A stretch of 36,704 bases of DNA, taken from sequence record DRR378314_543; one strand, given 5' to 3'. The translations under genes were made by a program, and so were the position numbers. The first letter of the stretch is position 1. Each line of letters starts with the position of its first letter. The notes beneath the pieces are model-generated. The model ran no database searches, was not told the DNA's origin, and saw only the letters and a list, made by a program, of their open reading frames with translations. Shown here in pieces: positions 26,833 to 35,492 of the stretch.

Positions 26833-27555
26833 TCAGACCCCCAGGTACTTGTCCAGCGTCGACTGCTTGGCTTCAAGCTCGTCAGCGCTGATCTCCTCCA
26901 CAATCTGGCCGTGCTCCATCACATAGTGACGGTCCGCCAGGGGTGCGGCGAAATGGAAATTCTGTTCCACCAGGACAATGGTCAGGCCCTTTTCTTTCAG
27001 CTTGACCAGTACTTCACCCAGCTTTTCAACGATGACCGGGGCCAGGCCCTCGGTGATTTCATCCAGCAACAGCATGTTGGCGCCGGTTCTCAGGATCCGG
27101 GCCATGGCGAGCATCTGTTGCTCGCCACCGGACAGTTTGGTGCCAGGGCTGGTACGGCGTTCATACAGGTTCGGAAACATGGAGAAAATCTCCTCCAGCC
27201 CCATTCCGCCGCTTCGCACGACCGGTGGAAGTGTCAGGTTTTCCATGACGTTCAGGCCGGAAAAAATGCCCCGGTGTTCGGGGCAATACCCGACTCCCAA
27301 CCTTGCAATGTGGTGAGGCGCACAGGACATGGTCTCCTCACCGTTGATCATGATGGAGCCAGTACGCCGGCCCACCATATTCATGATGGCTTTCAGGGTT
27401 GTGCTGCGGCCGGCACCGTTTCGGCCCAGCAGGGTGACCAGCTCCCCGCGCTGAACTTCCATATCAATGCCATGGAGAATGTGGGACTCGCCGTAAAAGG
27501 CATGCAGCCCGGAGATCCGCAGTTGTTCGTAGTCTTTCGGGTGGGCCTGGCTCAT
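26833..27555 (-). CDS. livF: ABC transporter ATP-binding protein (LivF-like)
   Basis: LLGRNGAGRS, LSGGEQQMLAMAR, LLLDEITEGLAP and LVEQN motifs. Start at ATG 27555 overlaps the livG stop. Confidence 0.9.
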   Translation of the reverse strand: MSQAHPKDYEQLRISGLHAFYGESHILHGIDMEVQRGELVTLLGRNGAGRSTTLKAIMNMVGRRTGSIMINGEETMSCAPHHIARLGVGYCPEHRGIFSGLNVMENLTLPPVVRSGGMGLEEIFSMFPNLYERRTSPGTKLSGGEQQMLAMARILRTGANMLLLDEITEGLAPVIVEKLGEVLVKLKEKGLTIVLVEQNFHFAAPLADRHYVMEHGQIVEEISADELEAKQSTLDKYLGV

Positions 27556-28328
27556 TCCGCCGCCTCCTGCTTGCTGGTGGCAGTGCCGCCCATGTACACC
27601 TCGCGCACTCGGGGGTCGTCGGATACCTGTTGGTAATCGCCTTCGGTCAATACCGAGCCCTGGGCCAGTACAGTGACCCGGTCGCACAGTTTGCTGACCA
27701 CACCCAGGTTGTGCTCCACCATCAGTACCGTGCGGCCCTGGGCCGCCTTGCGTACCAGCTCGACAACCCGCTCAACGTCTTCACTGCCCATGCCCTGGGT
27801 CGGTTCATCCAGCAACAGCAGTTCTGGCTCCATGGCCAGGGTTGTGGCCAGCTCCAGGGCGCGTTTGCGGCCATAGGCCAGCTCCACGGTGGTGGTGTTG
27901 GCAAACTCGGTCAGCCCTACGCTGTCCAGCAGCTCCATGCAGCGTTCGTTGAGCTTGTTCAGGGACTCGCCGGATTTCCAGAAGCGAAAGGAGTTGCCTT
28001 CAAAGCTCTGCAGCGCCACGCGAATGTTCTCGAGCGCGGTCATGTGGGGGAATACAGCGGAAATCTGGAAGGAACGCACAACCCCCTTTCGGGCGATGGC
28101 GGCCGACTTCATCGCGGTGATGTCCTCACCCTTGAACAGAATTTTTCCGCGAGTGGGAATGAGGAATTTGGTGAGCAGGTTGAACACCGTGGTCTTGCCC
28201 GCGCCGTTAGGGCCAATCAGGGCATGAATGTGGCCACGCTGCACCTTCAGGTTGACATCATCGACCGCGACAAAGCCTTTGAACTCTTTAACGAGGCTTT
28301 GGGTCTCCAGAACGAACGGGTCACTCAT
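27552..28328 (-). CDS. livG: ABC transporter ATP-binding protein (LivG-like)
   Basis: LIGPNGAGKTT, RSFQ, LAYGRKRALE, LLLDEPTQG and VEHN motifs. Start set at ATG 28328. Confidence 0.9.
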   Translation of the reverse strand: MSDPFVLETQSLVKEFKGFVAVDDVNLKVQRGHIHALIGPNGAGKTTVFNLLTKFLIPTRGKILFKGEDITAMKSAAIARKGVVRSFQISAVFPHMTALENIRVALQSFEGNSFRFWKSGESLNKLNERCMELLDSVGLTEFANTTTVELAYGRKRALELATTLAMEPELLLLDEPTQGMGSEDVERVVELVRKAAQGRTVLMVEHNLGVVSKLCDRVTVLAQGSVLTEGDYQQVSDDPRVREVYMGGTATSKQEAAE

Positions 28329-28372
28329 GAGCCATTCTACCTTTGTTATTGTTGTGCGTTTATACTGCCTAC

Positions 28373-28402
28373 AGAGTAGATTGACGTCTACGTAAACGTC
28401 AA
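28373..28402 (-). promoter_or_regulatory. sigma70-like promoter (TTGACG-N18-TACTCT) overlapped by a LiuR-like palindrome
   Basis: Plus-strand TTGACGTCTACGTAAACGTCAA (28381-28402) is a dyad. On the minus strand, -35 is at 28402-28397 and -10 at 28378-28373. Confidence 0.7.
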
Positions 28403-29208
28403 CCGAAAATCGTACTTTTTTGACCAACGTCTATTCGTAAAAAATCACGAAGCATCGCCAGTACCCGATCAGGCTGCTGCAAGTGGGGCGAATGCCCTGT
28501 TTCGGCCATGAACACCGGTTCGGCCCGGTCTCCAATACCTTCCACAATACGGGTGACCTGTTCCGCAACCCCGTATTCGTCATCCTCCCCCTGAATGATC
28601 ATAGCCGGGCAGCGAATCGCGTCGAGCCAGGGGGCAAAATCCAACGAGTTCTGGAAGCCTTCATCCAGCCAGATGTCCTGCCAGGCGAAGAACAACTCGT
28701 CGGTTCGGTCGCCGTGATGCCGCAACAGTTTCTCGCGGATACCCTCTTCCAGATAGCGCCGGCGCATGTCACGGATACCTGCCAACGTCAGGTGATCGGC
28801 CCAGGTGTGGGCGGCCATGGTGACCAACCCCTTCACCCGTCCTTCCAGCGCTGCTGCAGCAATCAGGGCGATGGAACCGCCGTCGCTGTGACCCACCAGA
28901 ATAATTTCGTCAATCGCCAGAGCATCCAGCAACCGCGGTAACCACACGGTGCCTTCCTGCTCCAGGTAGTCGTAGGGACGAGGCAATGGCTCGTCGCTGG
29001 AGGCCCCGTAACCCCGACGCTCGTATACCAGTGCGTCAAGGCCCGTCACCTCCGCCAGCCGTTGTGGAAACTGCTTCCACAAGGCGATATTGCCCAGGGA
29101 TTCGTGCAGAAAGACCAACACCGGCCCTGCGCCGTTGCGATGACACAGCCGTTGTGCCTGGACACTGACGCCATCCCCCAGCGGAACGGTGAGATTACGA
29201 ACGTCCAT
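28399..29208 (-). CDS. Alpha/beta fold hydrolase
   Basis: LVFLHESLG, YERRGYGAS, nucleophile elbow GHSDGG, IQGEDDEYG and C-terminal GHSPH. Start set at ATG 29208. Confidence 0.88.
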   Translation of the reverse strand: MDVRNLTVPLGDGVSVQAQRLCHRNGAGPVLVFLHESLGNIALWKQFPQRLAEVTGLDALVYERRGYGASSDEPLPRPYDYLEQEGTVWLPRLLDALAIDEIILVGHSDGGSIALIAAAALEGRVKGLVTMAAHTWADHLTLAGIRDMRRRYLEEGIREKLLRHHGDRTDELFFAWQDIWLDEGFQNSLDFAPWLDAIRCPAMIIQGEDDEYGVAEQVTRIVEGIGDRAEPVFMAETGHSPHLQQPDRVLAMLRDFLRIDVGQKSTIFG

Positions 29209-29212
29209 ACCG

Positions 29213-29629
29213 CTACCGTTTCGCCGGGATGGCATAGGTGATGGTTGCGTGGGCAACCGGGTCTTCCAGTCCGTCGGAGAGGACATAGACTTCACCCACA
29301 CCGCTGGTCTTACCGACCCTCAACAGATTGGCCCGTGCCCGAATCGGGCTGTGGGCCACCGGCTTGCGCAGAAAATTGATGTTCAGATTGCTGGTTACCG
29401 CCAACGGCACCAGACCAATTTTGCCCAGCAGCGCAGCGTACAAAGCCACGTCCGCCAGCGCCATCATGGCGGGACCGGACACCGTACCACCGGGGCGCAG
29501 GTGCTCGTCCTCCACCTCCAGTTTCATTTCGGCCCAGCCATCACCCAGTTCCTCCAGGGTGCCGTAGCGGGCCCCCTGGGGAAACTGCTCGGCGAGGAAA
29601 GCCTGCAATTCCTCGAAGGTGACAATCAT
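29213..29629 (-). CDS. PaaI-family (hotdog fold) thioesterase
   Basis: HLRPGGTVSGPAMMALAD, AVTSNLNINFLRKP and VAHATITY motifs. Confidence 0.87.
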   Translation of the reverse strand: MIVTFEELQAFLAEQFPQGARYGTLEELGDGWAEMKLEVEDEHLRPGGTVSGPAMMALADVALYAALLGKIGLVPLAVTSNLNINFLRKPVAHSPIRARANLLRVGKTSGVGEVYVLSDGLEDPVAHATITYAIPAKR

Positions 29630-31275
29630 CCCTGCTTTTCTTCCTTTGCCTGGTTGCGCAGAACAAAGCGCTGGATCTTGCCACTGGGCGTTTTCGGCAG
29701 CTCATCCACGAACTCGATCTCACGCGGATAGGCGTGGGCGGAAAGGCGATGGCGAACCAGTTCCTGCAGTTCGTCCTTCAGGGCGTCTTCGCTTTCCGGC
29801 TCCTGGTCACCCTTGATCACCACGTAGGCTTTGATGATCGAGCCACGCTTCTCATCGGGCTTGGCGACAACACCGGACTCGGCCACCGCCTTGTGTTCAA
29901 GGAGGGTGCTTTCCACATCGGCCGGGCCGACGCGGTAGCCGGCCGTGGTGATGATGTCATCGTCACGGCCACTGAAGGAGAAGCAGCCACCACCGTGATT
30001 CACAACCATGTCGCCGGTCAGGTAATAGCCGTTCACGAAGGGATCTTTCTCACCCCAGGTGTAGCCGTCAAAGTGGAACAGTGGCGAGGCCTTCACATCC
30101 ACCGCCAGCTGGCCGATTTCACCTTCACCCACAACCTCGTTCTTCTCGTTGAGGGCAACGACTTTGTGGCCTGGGGAGGAATACCCCATGGAGCCCTGGC
30201 GCACGGGATGCTCAAGACCGTGGAAGTTGCAGCAGGTCATACCGGTTTCAGTCTGGCCGTAATGGTCCTTGACCGGGCAGAAGTGGCGACGCTCAATCCA
30301 GCTCACCACTTCCGGGTTCAGCGGCTCGCCGGCACTGCTGGCCACCCGCAGCCCCAGGTTCTCGCCTTCCGGCAGCACGTGGTCATTGGCCTTGAGAAGC
30401 CGATAGGCCGTGGGCGCCGCAGCGAGGTTGGTGATCCTGTACTTGCGAATCATGTCGTAGGTGGTTTCCGGAGTGAACGCACCCGGATTGAAGTGGGTGG
30501 CATGCCCCATCAGCAACGGCCCCACCACGGCGTAATACAGGCCATAGGCCCAGCCTGGATCGGCCACATTCCAGAAGACGTCGTCGTCCCGCAGGTCAAT
30601 GGCGTACTTCATATACACGTAGAATGCCAGCAGGGCCTTGGCAGGAACCGCGACACCCTTGGACTTCCCCACGGTGCCGGACGTGAACATCTGCAGGAAC
30701 GGATCGCTGCCTTTGATCATCACCGGCTCGAACTGGTCAGACTGATCGGCCAGGGTTTTCTCGAAGTCAGCAATATCGCCGCTCACCTCAACCGCGTTCA
30801 CACACACCACCGGTGCGCAATCTTTCACTTCGGTGAGCTTGGGGTAGTTGACCGGGTCGGTCACCACCAGTTTGGTCTTGGCACGCTCGAAACGGTACTC
30901 GATGGCACCAGGGCCGAAGGCGGTGAACAGGGGCTGGTACACAGCACCGGCGCGCAGGGTGCCGGCAATCACAATCAGCAGTTCCGGGCCGCGAGGCAGC
31001 AGGGCGGCAACCCGGTCACCCTTGCCAATGCCCCGGGAGGCCAGTTCATTCGCGAAACGGGCGGATTTCTCTTTCAGCTCAGCGAACGTCAGCTTGCCGG
31101 AACCGCCGTCGGCTTTTTCGTAATACAGCGCAACCCGCTGAGGATCGTCGGCCCACTTGTCGCAGATTTCCGTACAGACGTTCAGGCCGCCGTTTAGGCT
31201 ACCTTCCAGGACCTCGGCTTCAAGGCTGGCAGGGTCGAAATTGTCATAGACCGATTGGTATTCCGGGAGACTCAT
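29626..31275 (-). CDS. Acyl-CoA synthetase (AMP-forming, short/branched-chain acid-CoA ligase-like)
   Basis: FTSGTVGKSKG, ADPGWAYG, SAGEPLN, DHYGQTE, YLTGD, GRDDD and LPKTPSGKIQR motifs. Confidence 0.9.
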   Translation of the reverse strand: MSLPEYQSVYDNFDPASLEAEVLEGSLNGGLNVCTEICDKWADDPQRVALYYEKADGGSGKLTFAELKEKSARFANELASRGIGKGDRVAALLPRGPELLIVIAGTLRAGAVYQPLFTAFGPGAIEYRFERAKTKLVVTDPVNYPKLTEVKDCAPVVCVNAVEVSGDIADFEKTLADQSDQFEPVMIKGSDPFLQMFTSGTVGKSKGVAVPAKALLAFYVYMKYAIDLRDDDVFWNVADPGWAYGLYYAVVGPLLMGHATHFNPGAFTPETTYDMIRKYRITNLAAAPTAYRLLKANDHVLPEGENLGLRVASSAGEPLNPEVVSWIERRHFCPVKDHYGQTETGMTCCNFHGLEHPVRQGSMGYSSPGHKVVALNEKNEVVGEGEIGQLAVDVKASPLFHFDGYTWGEKDPFVNGYYLTGDMVVNHGGGCFSFSGRDDDIITTAGYRVGPADVESTLLEHKAVAESGVVAKPDEKRGSIIKAYVVIKGDQEPESEDALKDELQELVRHRLSAHAYPREIEFVDELPKTPSGKIQRFVLRNQAKEEKQG

Positions 31276-31332
31276 AATCCAGTCCTTTTATTGTTGTCAC
31301 GAATTCTGATCTCAATGTGTAGCACAGGCTAT

Positions 31333-31352
31333 AGTTTACGTAAAGGTAAACT
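31333..31352. promoter_or_regulatory. LiuR-like operator upstream of the acyl-CoA synthetase
   Basis: AGTTTACGTAAAGGTAAACT is a near-perfect palindrome, one mismatch from TTTACGT-WW-ACGTAAA. Confidence 0.75.
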
Positions 31353-31360
31353 TTGAGCTA

Positions 31361-31426
31361 AAAATAGGCGCCTTCAAAACTCATCGACCTGAGCGAAAAA
31401 CTCGCTTCGGATGGTTCTGAAGGCGC
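31361..31426 (-). terminator. Long stem-loop with U-tract downstream of mmsB
   Basis: GCGCCTTCA (31368-31376) pairs with TGAAGGCGC (31418-31426), with inner stems CATC/GATG and AGCGA/TCGCT. It is followed by CTATTTTT on the minus strand. Confidence 0.55.
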
Positions 31427-31433
31427 TGCCTGT

Positions 31434-32327
31434 TCAGCCCTGCTCGCGGTAGTAGAACTTCTGTATGCTGGAGAAATCCAAGCCGCCGTTACCCTCATTG
31501 GCGTGGAGCGCAAACAGGTTTCGGGCCAGTGATCCCATGGGAATGGGTGCCTGATTCTTGACGGCATTATCGAAAGCCAGACCCAGGTCCTTGTTCATCA
31601 GGTTCACCAGGAAGCCGCCTTCATAGTTGCGGGACGCCGGCACACCCTCCATAACCCCCGGCCAGGGGTTGTAGACATTCAGCGCCCAGTTGCCGCCGGA
31701 GCTCTGTTTCATGATTTCCGACAGTACCGCAGGGTCCAGGCCGTTCTTCACACCCAGGGCCAGGGCCTCGCTGGTGCCGCTCATGAGAATGGCTAGCAGC
31801 ATGTTGTTGCAGATCTTGGCAATCTGCCCGGCACCGTGAGGGCCGGCGTGGAAGATGTTCTTGCCCATGGCGTCGAGGATGGGTTTGGCGCGCTCGAACG
31901 CGTCCGCCTCGCCACCACAGATAAAGGTCAGGGTGCCCGCCTTGGCGCCACCCACACCGCCGGAGACCGGCGCGTCCATAAAGGTTATCCCGGCAGCAAC
32001 AGCCGCCTCTGCCACGCCCTTGGCCGTTTCCGGTGCGATGGTGGAGGAATCAATCACCAGGGTGCTGGATGGCAGCTGTTTCAGCAGTCCGTTGTCACCC
32101 AGGTATACCGACTCCACGTGCTGGCCGGCCGGCAGCATGGAAATCACCACATCGGCACCTTCCACCGCTTCCTGGATGGTGGCCGCGGACTTCGCACCTT
32201 CGCTGGTCAGTGTCTTGACAGCCTCGGAAGACAGATCGAATACCGTCAGGTCATGCCCTGCCTTGACGAGGTTGGACGCCATGGGGCCACCCATGTTGCC
32301 AAGACCGATAAACGTGATAGTCGCCAT
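31434..32327 (-). CDS. mmsB: 3-hydroxyisobutyrate dehydrogenase
   Basis: FIGLGNMGGPMASNL, DSSTI, DAPVSGG, GAGQIAKICNNM and YNPWPG motifs. Confidence 0.94.
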   Translation of the reverse strand: MATITFIGLGNMGGPMASNLVKAGHDLTVFDLSSEAVKTLTSEGAKSAATIQEAVEGADVVISMLPAGQHVESVYLGDNGLLKQLPSSTLVIDSSTIAPETAKGVAEAAVAAGITFMDAPVSGGVGGAKAGTLTFICGGEADAFERAKPILDAMGKNIFHAGPHGAGQIAKICNNMLLAILMSGTSEALALGVKNGLDPAVLSEIMKQSSGGNWALNVYNPWPGVMEGVPASRNYEGGFLVNLMNKDLGLAFDNAVKNQAPIPMGSLARNLFALHANEGNGGLDFSSIQKFYYREQG

Positions 32328-32374
32328 ATTATTGTTCTCCGTGTTTTGATCAGTGTTGGTCTGTTCGATGTTGG

Positions 32375-33460
32375 TCAGGATTCAATAAAGAACCGCTCGA
32401 TCCACTCCGGGTCCACGCGTTCCAGTGTGGGGAAATGCCAGCGTGGTTTGAGATCCTTGTCGATGAGCAACGCCCGGACGCCCTCGGCAAACTCGCCCAT
32501 TTTGAGGCAGCGCTTTGATATCTGGAGTTCCTTGTCGAACACCTGGGAAAGGCTGTCGTGCAGAGTGTCGTGGTAGTGTTGCCAGGTCAGGGTCAGCGAC
32601 GTCGGCGATGCCGCCGCAACGGTCTTGACCGCCTTGATCAGCCAGGCGTCCTCTCCGGCGTACCGCCCCAGGTTGTCCACCACTTCCACCAGGGAATCGC
32701 CGTCAGTGAGCGCCTGAATCACATCAAAGTGCTCGCGCACCACCGCCTGTGGCATGGCCTCGCGAGAGCCTTCCTCGAACCGACGCAATACCTTGCTGAC
32801 CGCAGCATGGGCACCGCCCTCAAAGCCAGACTGTTGCAGCGCCTGCTTGGCCTCCTCGCGCATGTCGTGGCGAATAAACCGGTCCGCCAGGCCGGTGAAC
32901 ATGGCATCTGCCGCATTCATCCGTGCACCGGTCAGGCCCAGGAACAACCCGACCCGGCCCGGCATTTTGTTGAGGAACCAGCCAGCGCCCACATCCGGGT
33001 ACAGGCCAATGCTCACCTCTGGCATCGCCACGCGGGAATGCTCCGTGACCACACGATGGGAACCGCCGGACATCAAGCCGATACCACCCCCCATCACCAC
33101 GCCGTTGCCCCAGACAATAAACGGTTTGGGATACGTGTGAATGAGGTAGTCCAACTCATATTCGTCGGTGAAAAAGGTTTCCCCCTCACTGGCAGCGCGG
33201 CTGTCGGAACGGGGCTCGGTCATATCCCGGTACAGCGCCACAATGTCGCCACCCGCACACAGGGCCTTGTCGCCCTCGCCCTCCAGCCAGACGGCGCGGA
33301 TGGCGTCGTCCGCCGCCCACTGGTCCAGCTTGGGCTTCAGCAGGTGGATCATTTCCAGCGACAGGGCGTTCATGGCTCTGGGCGTATTCAGCCTGGCCAC
33401 GCCAATGCGGCCGCCGCCGGCGGCTTCCAGTTCCTCAAAAACAACGACTTGTTCGCTCAT
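32375..33460 (-). CDS. Enoyl-CoA hydratase/isomerase family protein, 3-hydroxyisobutyryl-CoA hydrolase-like
   Basis: AMNALSLEM, LCAGGDI, EYELDY, GVVMGGGIG, MPEVSIGLYPDVG and EGVRALLIDKD..PRW motifs. Confidence 0.87.
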   Translation of the reverse strand: MSEQVVVFEELEAAGGGRIGVARLNTPRAMNALSLEMIHLLKPKLDQWAADDAIRAVWLEGEGDKALCAGGDIVALYRDMTEPRSDSRAASEGETFFTDEYELDYLIHTYPKPFIVWGNGVVMGGGIGLMSGGSHRVVTEHSRVAMPEVSIGLYPDVGAGWFLNKMPGRVGLFLGLTGARMNAADAMFTGLADRFIRHDMREEAKQALQQSGFEGGAHAAVSKVLRRFEEGSREAMPQAVVREHFDVIQALTDGDSLVEVVDNLGRYAGEDAWLIKAVKTVAAASPTSLTLTWQHYHDTLHDSLSQVFDKELQISKRCLKMGEFAEGVRALLIDKDLKPRWHFPTLERVDPEWIERFFIES

Positions 33461-33500
33461 ACCATTCACTCAGTCATCCAGTCCGGCTTATCGGCTCTTT

Positions 33501-34280
33501 CTAACGGTTCTTCCATTCTGGAGTACGTTTCTCCAGGAAGGCGTTTACCCCTTCGCGCTGGTCTTCGGTGCTGAACAGTTCGATAAACAGTTCCCGCTCC
33601 ATTCTCCAGCCATCGTCGTGGCTGCGGCCGTCACGGGCACTCATCACCAGGTTCTTGCAGCGGGCCACGGACGACGGGCTCTGTTTGCCAGCCATCTCGG
33701 CCAACTCCAGGGCCTTGTCCAGGGCCGCACCCTGTGGCACCACTTCCTCCACCAGGCCGATGCTCAACGCCTTGTCGGCCTTGATACGCTCACCGCAGAG
33801 AATCATCCGCTTGGCCCAACCTTCACCCACCAGCCAGGGCAGGTTCTGGGTGCCACCGGCGCAAGGCAGCAGACCCACGGTAGCTTCCGGCAATGCCATC
33901 TGGGCATGTTCCTCGGCAATGCGGATATCACAGGCCATGGCGCACTCCAGGCCACCGCCCATGGCATAACCGTTCACCGCTGCGATGGACACACCGCGGA
34001 AGCGGCTCAGGGTGCTGAACGCCTCGCCGAAGGCCTGGGCCATGATGCTGGCGTTGGCGATATCCCCGTCGGCAAAGGCCTTGAGGTCGGCACCGGCGGA
34101 GAAGAACTTCTCGCCCTGGCCGGTCAGCACCAGCGCAAAAATATTTCGATCGGCGTTCAACGCCTCGATGGTCTCCTCCAGCGCCTTCAGGGACGCTTTC
34201 GTCCAGGTGTTGGCCGGAGGGTTGTTGATGGTGATGATCGCGGTGTGGCCGCGTTTTTCCAGCTGAATCAATTCGCTCAT
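33501..34280 (-). CDS. Enoyl-CoA hydratase (probably methacrylyl-CoA hydratase)
   Basis: FSAGADL, AAVNGYAMGGGLE, LPEATVGLLPCAGGTQ and EGVNAFLEKR motifs, in a valine-degradation context. Confidence 0.9.
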   Translation of the reverse strand: MSELIQLEKRGHTAIITINNPPANTWTKASLKALEETIEALNADRNIFALVLTGQGEKFFSAGADLKAFADGDIANASIMAQAFGEAFSTLSRFRGVSIAAVNGYAMGGGLECAMACDIRIAEEHAQMALPEATVGLLPCAGGTQNLPWLVGEGWAKRMILCGERIKADKALSIGLVEEVVPQGAALDKALELAEMAGKQSPSSVARCKNLVMSARDGRSHDDGWRMERELFIELFSTEDQREGVNAFLEKRTPEWKNR

Positions 34281-34316
34281 GTGAATTCTCGCCTTTTTGT
34301 TTATGGGCTGAAGCTC

Positions 34317-35483
34317 TTATTGAATGGCTTCGGCAACACCGGGCTCAAGCAGCCGGCGAGCCACGATCAACCGCATGATTTCATTGGTGCCTTCCAGTAT
34401 CTGGTGCACTCGCAGGTCACGAACGTACCGTTCTAGCGGGTACTCGCGGATATAGCCGTAACCACCGTGGAGCTGAAGCGCCTCGTTGCAGACCTCGAAG
34501 CAGGCATCGGTGGCAAAGCGTTTGGCCATGGCGCAATGCAGCGTGGCTTCGGTATCGCCCTGGTCGAGCCGATAAGCCGCCAGGCGAACCATCTGCCGGG
34601 CGGCCACCAGGTTGGTCGCCATGTCCGCCAGCTTGAACTGCAGCGCCTGGAAACCCGCCAACGACTGGCCGAACTGCTCCCGCTCGTGCATGTAGTTGCG
34701 GGCCCGAAGCAGCGCCGCCTGGGCGCCACCGATGGAGCAGGTGGCAATGTTGAGGCGACCGCCGTCCAGGCCCTTCATGGCAATCATGAAGCCCTGGCCT
34801 TCTTCCCCCAGCCGGTTATTGGCTGGCACGCGGACGTTCTCAAACGTTATCTGTCGAGTGGGCTGACTGTTCCAGCCCATCTTTTCCTCAGCCTTACCGT
34901 AGTGGATGCCGTCGCTGTCGGCGGGCACCACAAAGGCGCTGATGCCCTTGGGACCGCTGTCTGGGGCGCCCGTCCGTGCCATCACCACCAGCATCTGGGT
35001 GGCGCCAGCGCCGGAGATGAACACTTTGCTGCCATTGAGCAGGTAGCTGTCGCCGTCCCGGGTGGCCTTGGTGCGCAGGTTTCCGGCATCCGAGCCGGCA
35101 CCCGGCTCGGTCAGGCAGTAGGAGCCCAGCCATTCACCGCTGGCCATACGCGGAGCAATCTGTTTCTGAATATCGGCATTGCCGAATTTCGCCACCATCC
35201 ATGTCGCCATGTTGTGGATGGTGATGTAAGCAGCCGTGGACGGGCAGGCCGCCGACAGCTCTTCCACGATAACGCTGGTATCCAGCCGTGACAGCCCCAT
35301 ACCGCCCTGGGCTTCCGGCGTGTAGATGCCGCAAAAGCCCATCTCGCCGGCCTCGCGAATCACTTCCACCGGAAACACATGCTCGGCATCCCATTTCGCC
35401 GCGTGGGGCGCCATGGCTTTTTCCGCGAAGGCCTTGGCGGCCTCGCGGAAAGCCAGTTGATCTTCCGTCAGATCAAAGTTCAT
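34317..35483 (-). CDS. Acyl-CoA dehydrogenase (isobutyryl-CoA dehydrogenase-like)
   Basis: SYCLTEPGAGSDA, NGSKVFISG, KMGWNSQPT, GLDGGRLNIA and QLHGGYGY...RDLRVHQILEGTNEIM (ACAD8-type). Confidence 0.9.
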   Translation of the reverse strand: MNFDLTEDQLAFREAAKAFAEKAMAPHAAKWDAEHVFPVEVIREAGEMGFCGIYTPEAQGGMGLSRLDTSVIVEELSAACPSTAAYITIHNMATWMVAKFGNADIQKQIAPRMASGEWLGSYCLTEPGAGSDAGNLRTKATRDGDSYLLNGSKVFISGAGATQMLVVMARTGAPDSGPKGISAFVVPADSDGIHYGKAEEKMGWNSQPTRQITFENVRVPANNRLGEEGQGFMIAMKGLDGGRLNIATCSIGGAQAALLRARNYMHEREQFGQSLAGFQALQFKLADMATNLVAARQMVRLAAYRLDQGDTEATLHCAMAKRFATDACFEVCNEALQLHGGYGYIREYPLERYVRDLRVHQILEGTNEIMRLIVARRLLEPGVAEAIQ

Positions 35484-35492
35484 GGATTCTCC

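Noticed and set aside
29734-31197. 487-aa plus-strand ORF; likewise 25546-26715, 32558-33574, 33168-34436, 26782-27636 and 13122-13946
   Set aside because: They lie antisense to well-supported genes and carry no recognisable motifs. Such shadow ORFs are expected from GC-rich codon bias.
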